Part shown: positions 1-10,759 of the stretch, in pieces
Position numbering within the stretch: position 1 is the first letter of the stretch
Layout of the letters: every line of letters begins with the position of its first letter
NCBI GenBank assembly: GCA_963667725.2
Contig: CAXXHO010000003.1
Location: 928,001 to 992,000, forward strand
DNA from: Treponemataceae bacterium
GTDB taxonomy: Bacteria > Spirochaetota > Spirochaetia > Treponematales > Rectinemataceae
DNA: 64,000 bases
Direction: 5' to 3'
Notes under the pieces: generated by a model
What the model was told of the DNA's origin: nothing
Seen by the model: the letters and a program-made list of their open reading frames with translations, nothing else
The model's database searches: none
Translations under genes and position numbers: made by a program

Positions 1-589
1 TCCTGAGGAGGAAGACGCGGGAACGTGAGACGAGGGCGCGGTTCACCTCGAAGAAGGGGTTTTCCGTCGTGGCGCCGATGAGGACGACCGTGCCGTTCTC
101 GACCCAGGGGAGGAGGGCGTCCTGCTGGCTCTTGTTCCAGCGATGGACTTCGTCGACGAAGAGGATGGTGCGCAGCGAGTAGAGTTCGTAGTGGCGGCGC
201 GCCCTTTCGATGGACTCCCTGAGTTCGGCGACGCCCGAGAGGACGGCGTTGAGGGCGATGAAGTCGCTGCGGGTGGTGTTGGCTATGATGCGGGCGAGCG
301 TGGTTTTTCCGGTGCCCGGGGGGCCGGAGAGAATGATCGAGGAGAGCTGGTCTTTCTGGATGGCCCGCCTAAGGAGTCTTCCTGGGCCCACGATCTGTTC
401 CTGGCCGGTGAACTCGTCGAGGGTACGGGGACGCATTCGGGAGGCGAGGGGTTCGCGGCCCGGGAACTGCGTTCCCGGGCCGCCGCGGAGCCCTTCCCGG
501 GCTGCCGCCCCGCTGCCGCCGCCCAAGAGCGCGCCCTTGGGCGAACCCTGAGGCGCGGCGAACAGCGGGTTGTCGCTTTCCCTTGCCAT
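1..589 (-). CDS. rarA: Replication-associated recombination protein A (RarA/MgsA AAA+ ATPase), 3' end runs off the window
   Basis: Manual minus-strand translation from ATG at 589: ...[23 protein letters not shown]...[10 protein letters not shown] (Walker A)...[19 protein letters not shown]...[19 protein letters not shown]. Missing from the ORF track because there is no stop in the window. Confidence 0.93.
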   Translation of the reverse strand, partial: MARESDNPLFAAPQGSPKGALLGGGSGAAAREGLRGGPGTQFPGREPLASRMRPRTLDEFTGQEQIVGPGRLLRRAIQKDQLSSIILSGPPGTGKTTLARIIANTTRSDFIALNAVLSGVAELRESIERARRHYELYSLRTILFVDEVHRWNKSQQDALLPWVENGTVVLIGATTENPFFEVNRALVSRSRVFLLR

Positions 590-590
590 T

Positions 591-1721
591 CTATTCCGCG
601 GTCCAGCCGGACCAGGTGCTTCCGCTCACCGTATTGGAGTAGAGCGCGTAGGTATCGGTGCCCTGGGCTGCCAGCCCTATCAGAAGGGTCTTGTTCGTCG
701 CGGAATAGTAAAAGGCCATTACCGGCTTCGTGTAGATAGTCGTCGTATAGGAACTCGCTGTGGGAGCGAAAATGGCGTCGGCGTTGTTGCCGACGATTGG
801 GTCGGCGGTCGATCCGACAGTGTATTCGTAATAGCCGTATCCGGAATTATTCTTAGCCACGAGGAGGCGGTAGGCGCTGGCCGCATCGTCGATGGGAACT
901 TCGGCGAGGACGCCGAGGCTTACGCTTGAGGCCAGGTTGTCGGATGTCCAAGTTGAAGCCGAGCATGTATAAAGATCGCCGTCCGATGTCGTGACATGGA
1001 CCTTGCCTGCCGAATCGGAGGCTACGGCTTTGAGGGTCTCGCCCGCCGATGAGGGCCCGCTCGCCGTCTGTTCGGTAAAAGTTCCCAGACTTGTCGTCCT
1101 GTAGAGCTTGGACGAAGTGATAGCCCAGTAGGCGCTATCACCATAGACGAGCCCCTGGACGGGAATGTCCAGGCCGGTCAATCCGGCGCTGACGAAAGCG
1201 CTTCCGTTATAGTAATAGAGGTCGTAGGTCGCTAGCTCTTCGGTATCGGTATGTGCGGCCGCGAATAGCGTCCCGTTGGCGTAAAAAAGAGAGTCGACAA
1301 TCTTCGCCGCGAATTCGCCGCTGTCCATCTTGGTCCAGGCGGTAGCGCCCGAATCGGCGGTGGAGTAGATTCCCTTGAGTGCTGTCGTGGACGTGTTCGC
1401 GGTGGCGATATAGACGGTTCCCGCGCCGTTCGACGCAAGCCCCACACAGTAATAGTCGGAATCGCCATTCACCGGCATTACTAGCCATGTGTCGCCGCTG
1501 ATCGGCCGGTAGAAAACCTTGGCCATAGCGGCATAGTAATTGCTGCCGTCTTCGGCCAGGGCTTTGACGGTGACATTCTTGAATACATCGGTGCCCACTT
1601 GGGCTTTCTCGGTCTGTATTTCGTGAAAGACGCCGAAACTGTTGTCGCAGGCTGCGAAGGCGATACTTGCCGCGACGGCGAGAATTACCAGAAACGCAGG
1701 GTTCAGTTGTTTTATTTTCAT
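591..1721 (-). CDS. Putative lipoprotein, Thr/Ser/Tyr-rich, possibly a beta-propeller
   Basis: Basic N-terminus, hydrophobic stretch and lipobox-like FAAC; Asp-box-like STADSGATAW; beta-rich composition. Confidence 0.65.
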   Translation of the reverse strand: MKIKQLNPAFLVILAVAASIAFAACDNSFGVFHEIQTEKAQVGTDVFKNVTVKALAEDGSNYYAAMAKVFYRPISGDTWLVMPVNGDSDYYCVGLASNGAGTVYIATANTSTTALKGIYSTADSGATAWTKMDSGEFAAKIVDSLFYANGTLFAAAHTDTEELATYDLYYYNGSAFVSAGLTGLDIPVQGLVYGDSAYWAITSSKLYRTTSLGTFTEQTASGPSSAGETLKAVASDSAGKVHVTTSDGDLYTCSASTWTSDNLASSVSLGVLAEVPIDDAASAYRLLVAKNNSGYGYYEYTVGSTADPIVGNNADAIFAPTASSYTTTIYTKPVMAFYYSATNKTLLIGLAAQGTDTYALYSNTVSGSTWSGWTAE

Positions 1722-1732
1722 TATTCTCGCTC

Positions 1733-2335
1733 CTAGAAGTGGTAGACGGCGCCGACGGAAATTTCGAGGAAATTGGCGTATCTGGTGAGGTCGCTGTTAA
1801 CGCCGAAGTGCAGTTCGGGGATCAGCCACCAGAAAACCTGGCCGCCAAGGCTCCATGCCTCGCTTACCTGGGTGAAAACGCCGCCTCCGAGTTTCGCGAA
1901 GGGGCTGATCGTGCCATCCCCCGAAAGTCTGAGGACGGTGGCTCCGACATCCAGTCCCACCGTGTATTCCATCGGTTCCTTGCCCCACCAGTAGCCCAGT
2001 CTGAAGGCGACCGGCGCCACGAAGAGGGTCCGCCCACCCACCGTGGTGTTGAAGGCTCCGCAGAGCGAACCGCCAATCGTGAGTCTATTGGCCACGAAGT
2101 ACTGATATCCGAGGCTGAATGAGGCGCCCACGCCCAGCGGCGTGGCTTCCGTCGCGAGAGCGTCGGCGGGAAGAATGAATAGCGGTATTCCGGCTCCTGT
2201 CGTGAGCGAGATGATCTGGCTGCCCTTTCTGTGCAGACCCCCGAAATAATTCTGGTTTTCATCGCCATCCTGCGCGAAAAGGGGCAAGGCAACAAGAAGC
2301 ATGAGCAGACCGATGGCGGCAATCTTTCGTTTCAT
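1733..2335 (-). CDS. Small outer-membrane beta-barrel (TP0733/OmpW-like family)
   Basis: Start MKRKIAA with GGAGG SD; signal peptide ending LPLFA-Q; alternating beta-strands; C-terminal AVYHF ending in aromatic F. Confidence 0.75.
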   Translation of the reverse strand: MKRKIAAIGLLMLLVALPLFAQDGDENQNYFGGLHRKGSQIISLTTGAGIPLFILPADALATEATPLGVGASFSLGYQYFVANRLTIGGSLCGAFNTTVGGRTLFVAPVAFRLGYWWGKEPMEYTVGLDVGATVLRLSGDGTISPFAKLGGGVFTQVSEAWSLGGQVFWWLIPELHFGVNSDLTRYANFLEISVGAVYHF

Positions 2336-2429
2336 CTTTCCTCCACAAAAATCGGAACGGTAAACAATGCAAGAGCCTGATGCGGCACTATAGCACGAAA
2401 GGCATTGTCTCCACCACGGAGCGCTGGCA

Positions 2430-2981
2430 TCAGCGCGCGCCAACGCGGCGCGATGTCCGGGCGAGCACCGTCCACCATGCCCGATCCAGATCCCGGCTGT
2501 CGCTCTCTATCCTGTAGAGCAAAGCGTCCAGGTGCCGAAATGAAAATGCGCCGAAAGGGGGCGGCGTAACATTATTTCCAACGAAAAAACCCCTTCCCGG
2601 CGAAAGAGGCGGCGAATCCATGGGACTGAGGCCAGTTTCCTTGGCGATATGATCGGCCGCCTTGAGGATTCCTCCGGAAAGAGGCGTTTCCGGGACTATA
2701 TACCATTTCCCGTCGACGAGCGCGACGGAAGAGAAATGAAGGAGGGGAGGGAGATCGGCGAAAAGGCTCTGGGCATTCTTCCTGAACGGTTTGTCGCTGA
2801 ACGCGACTTTTCCCGAACCTTTTTTCGAATAAAACCCGAGATAGATGGCTTCCGGCAGCGCTGAAGCTTCTGAACTGTCCCCGGATCTGAAGGCGAATGA
2901 GCGTATTTCCCGTATCGAGCGGATTATATTGCCTTCCGGCACGAGCGCGATCGCGAAAATTGCCATTCCTCTTCCTTTCAT
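2430..2981 (-). CDS. Hypothetical protein
   Basis: 183-aa ORF co-oriented with the downstream barrel gene; no recognisable motif. Confidence 0.5.
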   Translation of the reverse strand: MKGRGMAIFAIALVPEGNIIRSIREIRSFAFRSGDSSEASALPEAIYLGFYSKKGSGKVAFSDKPFRKNAQSLFADLPPLLHFSSVALVDGKWYIVPETPLSGGILKAADHIAKETGLSPMDSPPLSPGRGFFVGNNVTPPPFGAFSFRHLDALLYRIESDSRDLDRAWWTVLARTSRRVGAR

Positions 2982-3044
2982 CGATGGAACTTGCCGAAAT
3001 TCTATGGTACTATTTTAGCCTAGAGATCGTAAAGGTGGACGGCT

Positions 3045-3815
3045 ATGGAACACAAGGTAGAAGCGCTGACCAATTTTCTCAAGGAAACCATTTCGGGGTG
3101 GAGCAATGTCGAATGCATCACCATGGATCCCAGGTCGGAAAATTACGCTTATGATCCCTACTTCGCCCTGGTCATCGATGTGTACTGCAGCGGACAGGTG
3201 CCTTCTCCGGAAAAACGCAGGGATGCCTTTGGCGACCCAGGGGATTTCGAAACGGCCGCGGGCATGACGAAAGACAGATTTTTCCTTCAGGAAATGCCCA
3301 TCCGTATTGAGTACAAAGATATAGGTCTCATGAACAAGATGATAGCGCAGCCCGACCATCATCTAAAGCTCCTCAAGAATTCGGGCACCTACCCCTTTTA
3401 CCGCCTCAAATACAACAAGGTCATCTTCAGCGCCACGGGATGGATCGATAAGATACGTCTCGATCTCGAGAACTTTCCCGACACCGCGTGGGAAGCTCTC
3501 TGGGACAGCTTCAGCTCCAAGATGGAGCACTATCTCTCCGATATGGGCGCCGCCTCTTTCTCCGACGATAAGTTTTTCCTCATCCTCTCGGAAGCCGGTT
3601 TCTTCCGCTATGCGGCGGCCAGCGTATTCATGGTGAACAAGCAGTTCGAGCCCTCCCACAGGGATATCGAAGCGCATCTGCGCCTGCTGCCCATCGTGCC
3701 CGAAGGATTCTGGACGACCTGGGAGGCGCTGCTGCAGAAAGAGTGCGAAATGTCGCCCGGCAAGCGTTTCGAGATAGCGAGAATGCTTGCCAGTTCGGTG
3801 CTTTCTCTGCGCTGA
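3045..3815 (+). CDS. DUF4037-like / nucleotidyltransferase-fold hypothetical protein
   Basis: 256-aa ORF; YDPYFALVIDVY and SxFMVNKQFEPSHR resemble conserved treponemal DUF4037 proteins (recall, not searched). Confidence 0.55.
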   Translation: MEHKVEALTNFLKETISGWSNVECITMDPRSENYAYDPYFALVIDVYCSGQVPSPEKRRDAFGDPGDFETAAGMTKDRFFLQEMPIRIEYKDIGLMNKMIAQPDHHLKLLKNSGTYPFYRLKYNKVIFSATGWIDKIRLDLENFPDTAWEALWDSFSSKMEHYLSDMGAASFSDDKFFLILSEAGFFRYAAASVFMVNKQFEPSHRDIEAHLRLLPIVPEGFWTTWEALLQKECEMSPGKRFEIARMLASSVLSLR

Positions 3816-3832
3816 TTGGAGATGACTGACAC

Positions 3833-5524
3833 ATGAATACATTCCCTTTGGCCAATCGGCGCCTAAAATCCATCCACGTGGTCGCCGTTTTCGCCCTTGC
3901 CTTTCTCCTCCATTCCTGCTCGAGCGCTGAGATTTCGTCCTTCGTGTGGAAATCGGCTTCGGGCGAGAACCTGCCCTTTGCCCAGAAAGCGGATTTTCCC
4001 AAGGGAGAGGAAAACGCCTTCAGCCTGGCTAGACCTAAAAATTCCTATGTCCTGCGGAAACCCTTGCAGATCGGCCAGGGGCTTATGGTAGCCGTAAGCA
4101 TGACGGTGAAGCAGGAAAACATCGTCGTGAGTCTCTCCCTCTCCGCCGACGCGAAAAATGCCGGACAGGAAGTCCGTTTCGCGGCCAGGCCGGGCGTCAC
4201 GGTCTTCTACCTCAGCCCTCCCTCCGCCTCGGCGGTGAGGATGCTCTCCATAAACGTGACAGCCCCCCCAAACCCTGCCGCGGACGCGAAGGAAGACAGG
4301 GTTCTTGCCGAACTGGATTCAGTATCCATTCTTCCGGCTTTCAGGGGCTATGAGCGCAGGCTCAAGGGCGGCTACAGGATTTCCGACGGCATAGCCATCG
4401 AACGAAAGGGCGCCTCCGCGAACCTCTGGGCGCTGGAAAATCCTTTCTCCGGCCAAGATGCGGCGGAGAAGGAAAAGGGCCTGTCGACGGCCCTCGTCAT
4501 CAGATACGCCAAGCGCGCCGACGCCGACATCGTCATAGAAGCCGGCAGGCGGATAGTCGCCAACGGCGCGAGCGCCAAGAAGGAATTCGTCATTCCTGCA
4601 TCGGTTTTTCCCGACGCTTCGAGCCAGGCCCTCATGACAATCCTCGTTCCCGACGAAATTCAGCTGGAGGCCGCCTATATCGAGGCGCTTCCCCTGGAAA
4701 CCGCCTCCCGCGTCGATCCCGGCGTCGCGCTGCTCCAGCCTCTTCTTTCGGAGAGGGAGGATTTCGCATGGTACCGCTGGGATCTCCTGCCCGATGTCCT
4801 GATATTCGACTTCAGGGATTACGCGGTCCAGGACAGCTATCTCAAGAGGCTGGCTTTCTTCGTCGAAAAGAAAGGTTTCGTCGGCAGGCTGGCGAAGGAT
4901 GAGGAGATCGCCTCCCTCCATGGCTGGAATGCCCACGATTATAGGGCCGAAGACCTGGCCAGGTTCTTTACGGCCGCCGGGGAAAGCGATTTTCCCTTGA
5001 GCGGGGAAGAACTTCGCCTCAGGGATTTCCTTGTGGAGAAAGGTCTCCTCACGAAGAAGGGCAACGGCTTTGGAAGCCGGAACGGCGCCATCATCTCGAT
5101 AACCCAGGAATCGGATTCCTATCTCCGCCACCGCTTTCTAACCCATGAATCCTCCCATGCCGTTTACTTCACCGACGCCAGCTACCGCAATTTCTGCGTT
5201 TCCCTCTGGAACGGCATGTCCAAGGAGGAGAAGTGGTTCTGGGTTCTCTATTTTGGATGGATGAACTACGACACGAATTCGGCTTCCCTCATGGCCAACG
5301 AGGTACAAGCCTATCTCCTCCAGCAGTCGCCTAAAAATGCCGGTGAATATTTTACCAAGACATTGCCCGATCGACTTCTCGAAAACCACCCAGAGCTGGA
5401 AGCTCCCATCGCGCTCTATATGGAAAAGCACGGGCTTGAGTTCGAAAAAAAGGCTAGGATGCTCGATGGATGGCTGAGATCAACCTATGGTTTCGGCGCG
5501 GGCACCACATTCTTTCTCGAGTGA
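3833..5524 (+). CDS. Exported protein/lipoprotein with HExxH motif (putative zinc metalloprotein)
   Basis: Signal with LLHSC; C-terminal domain RLAFFVEK...HGWNAHDY...THESSH...NEVQAY. Confidence 0.6.
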   Translation: MNTFPLANRRLKSIHVVAVFALAFLLHSCSSAEISSFVWKSASGENLPFAQKADFPKGEENAFSLARPKNSYVLRKPLQIGQGLMVAVSMTVKQENIVVSLSLSADAKNAGQEVRFAARPGVTVFYLSPPSASAVRMLSINVTAPPNPAADAKEDRVLAELDSVSILPAFRGYERRLKGGYRISDGIAIERKGASANLWALENPFSGQDAAEKEKGLSTALVIRYAKRADADIVIEAGRRIVANGASAKKEFVIPASVFPDASSQALMTILVPDEIQLEAAYIEALPLETASRVDPGVALLQPLLSEREDFAWYRWDLLPDVLIFDFRDYAVQDSYLKRLAFFVEKKGFVGRLAKDEEIASLHGWNAHDYRAEDLARFFTAAGESDFPLSGEELRLRDFLVEKGLLTKKGNGFGSRNGAIISITQESDSYLRHRFLTHESSHAVYFTDASYRNFCVSLWNGMSKEEKWFWVLYFGWMNYDTNSASLMANEVQAYLLQQSPKNAGEYFTKTLPDRLLENHPELEAPIALYMEKHGLEFEKKARMLDGWLRSTYGFGAGTTFFLE

Positions 5525-5576
5525 AAGGCCGAAGGGCGGGCTACGAAGTGAAGATAGTCGGCGAGGAGGGGGTTTT

Positions 5577-6206
5577 TCAGACGAGATCCAGGAACTCGAA
5601 TATTTTTCTATACAGCTCAAAGTACTCCGACCGGGCAAATTCGTCGATTTTTTCCTCGGGAAGGGATTCCAGGAGCCTGTCCAGATAGCCCAGCAGCTTC
5701 TTGAGATCGGCCATCGTCTCCTGGGGCAGGGGCTGCCCGGAGTTTTCCGCCGCGGCCTCGGGGCTCTCGATTTTCTCCGGCCGGGCGCCTGAGGATATGG
5801 AAGAAGCCTTGGAGATCATGTCGTCATAGGTGTTTTTCAGCGTCCCGAGCTCCAGCTTTATGGATCTCAGTTCGCCGGCGATTCTCGAGAGAAGATCGGA
5901 CTGAAGGGATTCTCCGCCGCGCGAGGTTCCCTGGGCGCGGGCTGGTGGCAGGGGTGAAGGGACATCGGGCATGGTCGCTTCCTCATCGTCGGGACGGCTC
6001 TGTCCCTCGATGTCTTCGGGGGCGATGAAAACGCCTTCTTCGTCGGAGCCGGAAGCCGTTGGATTCCAAAGCAGTTTCTGGTCGATTTTTTCGAGCGAGG
6101 AGAGGATGGTATCAGTCTCTTCCGGGCTGAGGAAAACCCCATCGTCCAAAAGTTCCTCCCGCGCATCGATGGTCGAGGATTTATGCGCCTGACTTTGTTG
6201 TCCCAC
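5577..6206 (-). CDS. Acidic hypothetical protein with conserved spirochaete-type C-terminal helical domain
   Basis: GTG start after GGGGAG; C-terminus YLDRLLESLPEEKIDEFARSEYFELYRKIF. Confidence 0.6.
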   Translation of the reverse strand: MGQQSQAHKSSTIDAREELLDDGVFLSPEETDTILSSLEKIDQKLLWNPTASGSDEEGVFIAPEDIEGQSRPDDEEATMPDVPSPLPPARAQGTSRGGESLQSDLLSRIAGELRSIKLELGTLKNTYDDMISKASSISSGARPEKIESPEAAAENSGQPLPQETMADLKKLLGYLDRLLESLPEEKIDEFARSEYFELYRKIFEFLDLV

Positions 6207-6326
6207 TATGAAATCTCCCCTATGAAATTATTATATCAGGAACGAAAGGCTTTACAAGACAAATCTAGAGCCGCCGGGCCAGCCTGTCAATATTATTAAA
6301 GCGGCTAAGCGTTTGTACCGTAAATC

Positions 6327-6848
6327 ATGATAATGGGTGAAACACAACTTCGCAACCCGGCAGGCAGAGGTCTGTCGGCTCTGGGTGACGCTTTGTCGAA
6401 CGCTCTCTGCGCCTGCGTCATCACCTACTGCATTGTCTCATTCTTCGCCGGCCAGGCGGGAATGCTGGCCTATAGGGACATGAAATCGGGCATCCGGCAG
6501 ATGAACGAGAGAATCGTCGTACTGAACGAGGAAAACGCCAAGCTCCAGGATCTGCGCAAAGCCCTGGCCTCGAATTCGGACCGAATCGCCCAGGAGGCGA
6601 GATCGATAGGCTATCTGCGCAAGGATGAGAGAATGGTGATCTTCTCCTCTCCGCAGCCGGCGACGGCCGAACCTTCGCGCGGCCGTGAAAACGAGCCTAT
6701 TCGGGCTGGATCTTCCACCGGGCTTCCCGATCTGATGATCAAGATCCTCGCCGCGATGACGGGGCTGGCCGTGCTCCTGGCTTCGCTGCTTATGTCCTCT
6801 CTTCCAAGCCGGCGCGGCGCGCTCAGAACGACGGCAAATCGATCTTGA
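6327..6848 (+). CDS. Septum formation initiator family protein (FtsB/DivIC-like)
   Basis: TM helix, GxxGxxAY, coiled coil, EARSIGYLRKDERMV; extra C-terminal TM helix. Confidence 0.7.
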   Translation: MIMGETQLRNPAGRGLSALGDALSNALCACVITYCIVSFFAGQAGMLAYRDMKSGIRQMNERIVVLNEENAKLQDLRKALASNSDRIAQEARSIGYLRKDERMVIFSSPQPATAEPSRGRENEPIRAGSSTGLPDLMIKILAAMTGLAVLLASLLMSSLPSRRGALRTTANRS

Positions 6849-9333
6849 TCGTTGTGTCGAGATCGGGCAGGGTCAGCGCGCTGTCCGGCGTCGACAGGGC
6901 GTTGTCGTTTCCCGTAGAGCCGTCGCCGCTTCCCGTGGACGAGGTTCCCGTTATCAAATTGAAGAGATTCGTGGTATTTTCGGTCTCGTCTTTGTGGATG
7001 TCACAGCTTTTAATTGGCTGGGTGCCGTCCAGATAGAGGAGATTTACCGTACCTTCGTCGCAGTATCGCGTAGGGAGCAGACCCGAGACGGCGCAGACGG
7101 TAACGCTGGAAAGGCCGGTCTGGGGCGAGGGGAAATTCTTGTACCCCAAACCCTTGTGGATATCCCTCATGAAGTCGGCCCATATAGGGGCGGCGATGGT
7201 GGCGCCCGTCTGCTCGACGCCCAAGGAGCTGCCGGGCCTGTCGAATCCGAACCAGATCGCCGTGGTGTAGTAGGGACTGAATCCTACCGTCCAGGCGTCA
7301 GCCCAGTTCACCGTCGTGCCCGTCTTGCCCGCGAGGGGGATCGTGTATGTATCGCCCTTTTCGTCCTTCTGCTTCATGGAGTTTCCGGAGTTGGTCGCGC
7401 TCGCGAGGGTGCCCGACCAGACGACGCGCTTGAGCATGTCGGTCATGATGGCGGCGTTCTGCGGGCTAACGACCTGGAGGGCGCCGCTTTTCTCGCGCAG
7501 CCTATCGCGCATTTCCTTTTCCGGCTCCAGGATCAGGTTGCCGTTCCTGTCTTCGATGTAACGGATGGCGATGGGCTCCACCGCCTTGCCGCCGTTGGCG
7601 AATACCGAATATGCCCTGGTCATGCGAAGCGGCGATACGCCGATGATGCCCAACCCGAGCGGATAAAGCCGAGGGAAAGTGTTCTGTATGTCCTTGGGGT
7701 CAGTGATGCCGAGAAGGGCCGCCGCCCTCTGGATGGCGGCGTCGAAGCCTACCGTCTCGAGCACCTTGACCGAGGGAACGTTCATGGAATGTGCCAGGGC
7801 GTTCCACGCCAGCACGTTGCCCTTCCATTCGCCCCTGAAATTCAGTGGAATATAAGGAGTCCCGTCCTCGTTGTAGAAGATGGTGGGAGTATCGTAGATG
7901 AGGGAGCCTTCGGTGATCTTCTTGGAATCGATGGCCGCGGAATAGTAGAGGGGCTTGAAGGTGGACCCGGGCATGACGTTGGACTGCGTCGCCCTGATGA
8001 GCTGGTTGGCCGTGCTGTAGTTGGATCCGCCGATCAATGCCGTTATATACCCCGTCGTGTTGTCGATGGTCACCAGAGAACCTTCAACGATGGTTTTTTC
8101 GAGGTCGGTCTTTATCCTGGCCGTACCGGAGTTGGCCAGCAGCTTCAGGTCGGGCATGCCGAAGAGGAGGGAGACAGCGTCGAGGGTGGGGTTTATCCTC
8201 GAGGTATAGTAATCGTAGGATTTTGCCTCGCTCTTGGAATCGGAGACGAAGAGGGGATGGAGGTTAAAAGACAGGCCGAGCAGTTCCACGATGGGCGTAT
8301 AGGTGTCGTCGGCTTTGGAAAGGCGCTGAGACGAAGCCCTTTTATACGAGGCGTTGGCCCTTTCTATGCCCCGTTTCATGTAAGCGTCGGCAATTTCCTG
8401 CTGATCGAGATCGAGGGTGGTGTAGACCGACAGACCGTCGGAATACAGATCGGCCGAGCCGTAGAGGAGGTCTTCCTCGAGCTGGCGCCTCACGTACTCG
8501 CTGAACCAGGGGGCCTTGTCTTCGCGGCTGTAATACGCCGACGAGGCGATCCTCGTGTAATCGAAATTATCCCAGTAGAGGTTGAAGGATGCCTCAGCCT
8601 CGGCTCTGGAGAGAACTTTGTTCTCCACCATCTGCTCCAGGAGCACTTTAGAGCGGGCCTGCGCGTTCTGGGGATTTTTGAAGGGATTGTAGAGGGTAGG
8701 TCCCGAGAGCTGGATCGCGATGATGGCCGATTCGGCGGGGGTGCATTCCTTGGCCGGATGGCCGAAGAAATACTGGCTCGCGGCATCCACGCCGTAGAGA
8801 CCTCCCGCACCCATGATTGTCCTGTTGAGGTACATTTCGAGGATTTCCGGCTTGGAGAATCTGCGCTCGATCTGAAGGGACCACCAGAGTTCCACGAGCT
8901 TCCTTCGAAGCGAGATGTCTTTGCGGTCGTCGTAGAGATCGCCGGCAAGCTGCTGGCTGATGGTAGATCCGCCGCCCAGGTTTTTTCCTATCAACTTGCC
9001 GAAAGCGGCGCGCGCTATCGAGCGGAGCGTAAAGCCCCTGTGCGAGTAAAAGCTCTTGTCCTCGCGCGTCAGGAAGGCGCCGATCAGATGGGGAGGCAGT
9101 TCGCTTATCGATACGGGGTTGCGCTTTTCCTCGGAGAAGAACTCGGTGATGAGTCTTCCTTTTATATCATAAAGCTTGGTCGGAAGCGCCGATTTGAACT
9201 CGGTGAAATTTTCGTTCCGTATGGTGTTGACGGTACCGCCCAGCGCCGCGCCGAAGCCCGCACCCAGGAGGATGACAAAGCCCAGCGAAAGCCAGACGAA
9301 GAGAGGAGCAGCGTTTTTTGACCTCTTGGACAT
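6823..9333 (-). CDS. mrcA: Class A penicillin-binding protein 1A (transglycosylase/transpeptidase)
   Basis: TREDKSFYSH, GGGSTISQQL, RKLVE; transpeptidase motifs STFK, SMN, KTG. Confidence 0.93.
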   Translation of the reverse strand: MSKRSKNAAPLFVWLSLGFVILLGAGFGAALGGTVNTIRNENFTEFKSALPTKLYDIKGRLITEFFSEEKRNPVSISELPPHLIGAFLTREDKSFYSHRGFTLRSIARAAFGKLIGKNLGGGSTISQQLAGDLYDDRKDISLRRKLVELWWSLQIERRFSKPEILEMYLNRTIMGAGGLYGVDAASQYFFGHPAKECTPAESAIIAIQLSGPTLYNPFKNPQNAQARSKVLLEQMVENKVLSRAEAEASFNLYWDNFDYTRIASSAYYSREDKAPWFSEYVRRQLEEDLLYGSADLYSDGLSVYTTLDLDQQEIADAYMKRGIERANASYKRASSQRLSKADDTYTPIVELLGLSFNLHPLFVSDSKSEAKSYDYYTSRINPTLDAVSLLFGMPDLKLLANSGTARIKTDLEKTIVEGSLVTIDNTTGYITALIGGSNYSTANQLIRATQSNVMPGSTFKPLYYSAAIDSKKITEGSLIYDTPTIFYNEDGTPYIPLNFRGEWKGNVLAWNALAHSMNVPSVKVLETVGFDAAIQRAAALLGITDPKDIQNTFPRLYPLGLGIIGVSPLRMTRAYSVFANGGKAVEPIAIRYIEDRNGNLILEPEKEMRDRLREKSGALQVVSPQNAAIMTDMLKRVVWSGTLASATNSGNSMKQKDEKGDTYTIPLAGKTGTTVNWADAWTVGFSPYYTTAIWFGFDRPGSSLGVEQTGATIAAPIWADFMRDIHKGLGYKNFPSPQTGLSSVTVCAVSGLLPTRYCDEGTVNLLYLDGTQPIKSCDIHKDETENTTNLFNLITGTSSTGSGDGSTGNDNALSTPDSALTLPDLDTTIKIDLPSF

Positions 9334-9498
9334 GACAACAAAGGTATACGAGTGCCGCGGCTTGGTCAATTATGGACGAACAGGCGTACGAAGGGGCTTA
9401 CGCGGCGGAGCGGGGAGGGCCGGGCTCAGGTTCGGGGTCCCATAGTATGGCCGCTACTGGATATTTATTTTTAAAAATTGTAAATTTCTTCGTATAGT

Positions 9499-9530
9499 AT
9501 TGACGAAGCCGGTCAATTATGGATATTAAT
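9499..9530 (+). promoter_or_regulatory. Probable sigma70 promoter of the gap operon, overlapped by an ATTGAC-N7-GTCAAT palindrome
   Basis: TTGACG at 9500, TATTAA(T) at 9524, AT-rich UP-like tract upstream. Confidence 0.45.
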
Positions 9531-9540
9531 TTATCTATAG

Positions 9541-10674
<1,134 letters not shown>

Positions 10675-10759
10675 GGTTTCGCTTACGTTGCGGCGGCGGC
10701 GCCGCGGTCGCTCAGGGTTTCCTGGGCGGTTGGGGGCGCCGCCGCAAGGAGCCTGAAAA

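Noticed and set aside
143..739. Plus-strand ORFs at the window start
   Set aside because: They lie opposite rarA, which has clear AAA+ motifs on the minus strand.
6994..9321. 775-aa plus-strand ORF
   Set aside because: Antisense shadow of PBP1A caused by GC-rich codon bias; no motifs.
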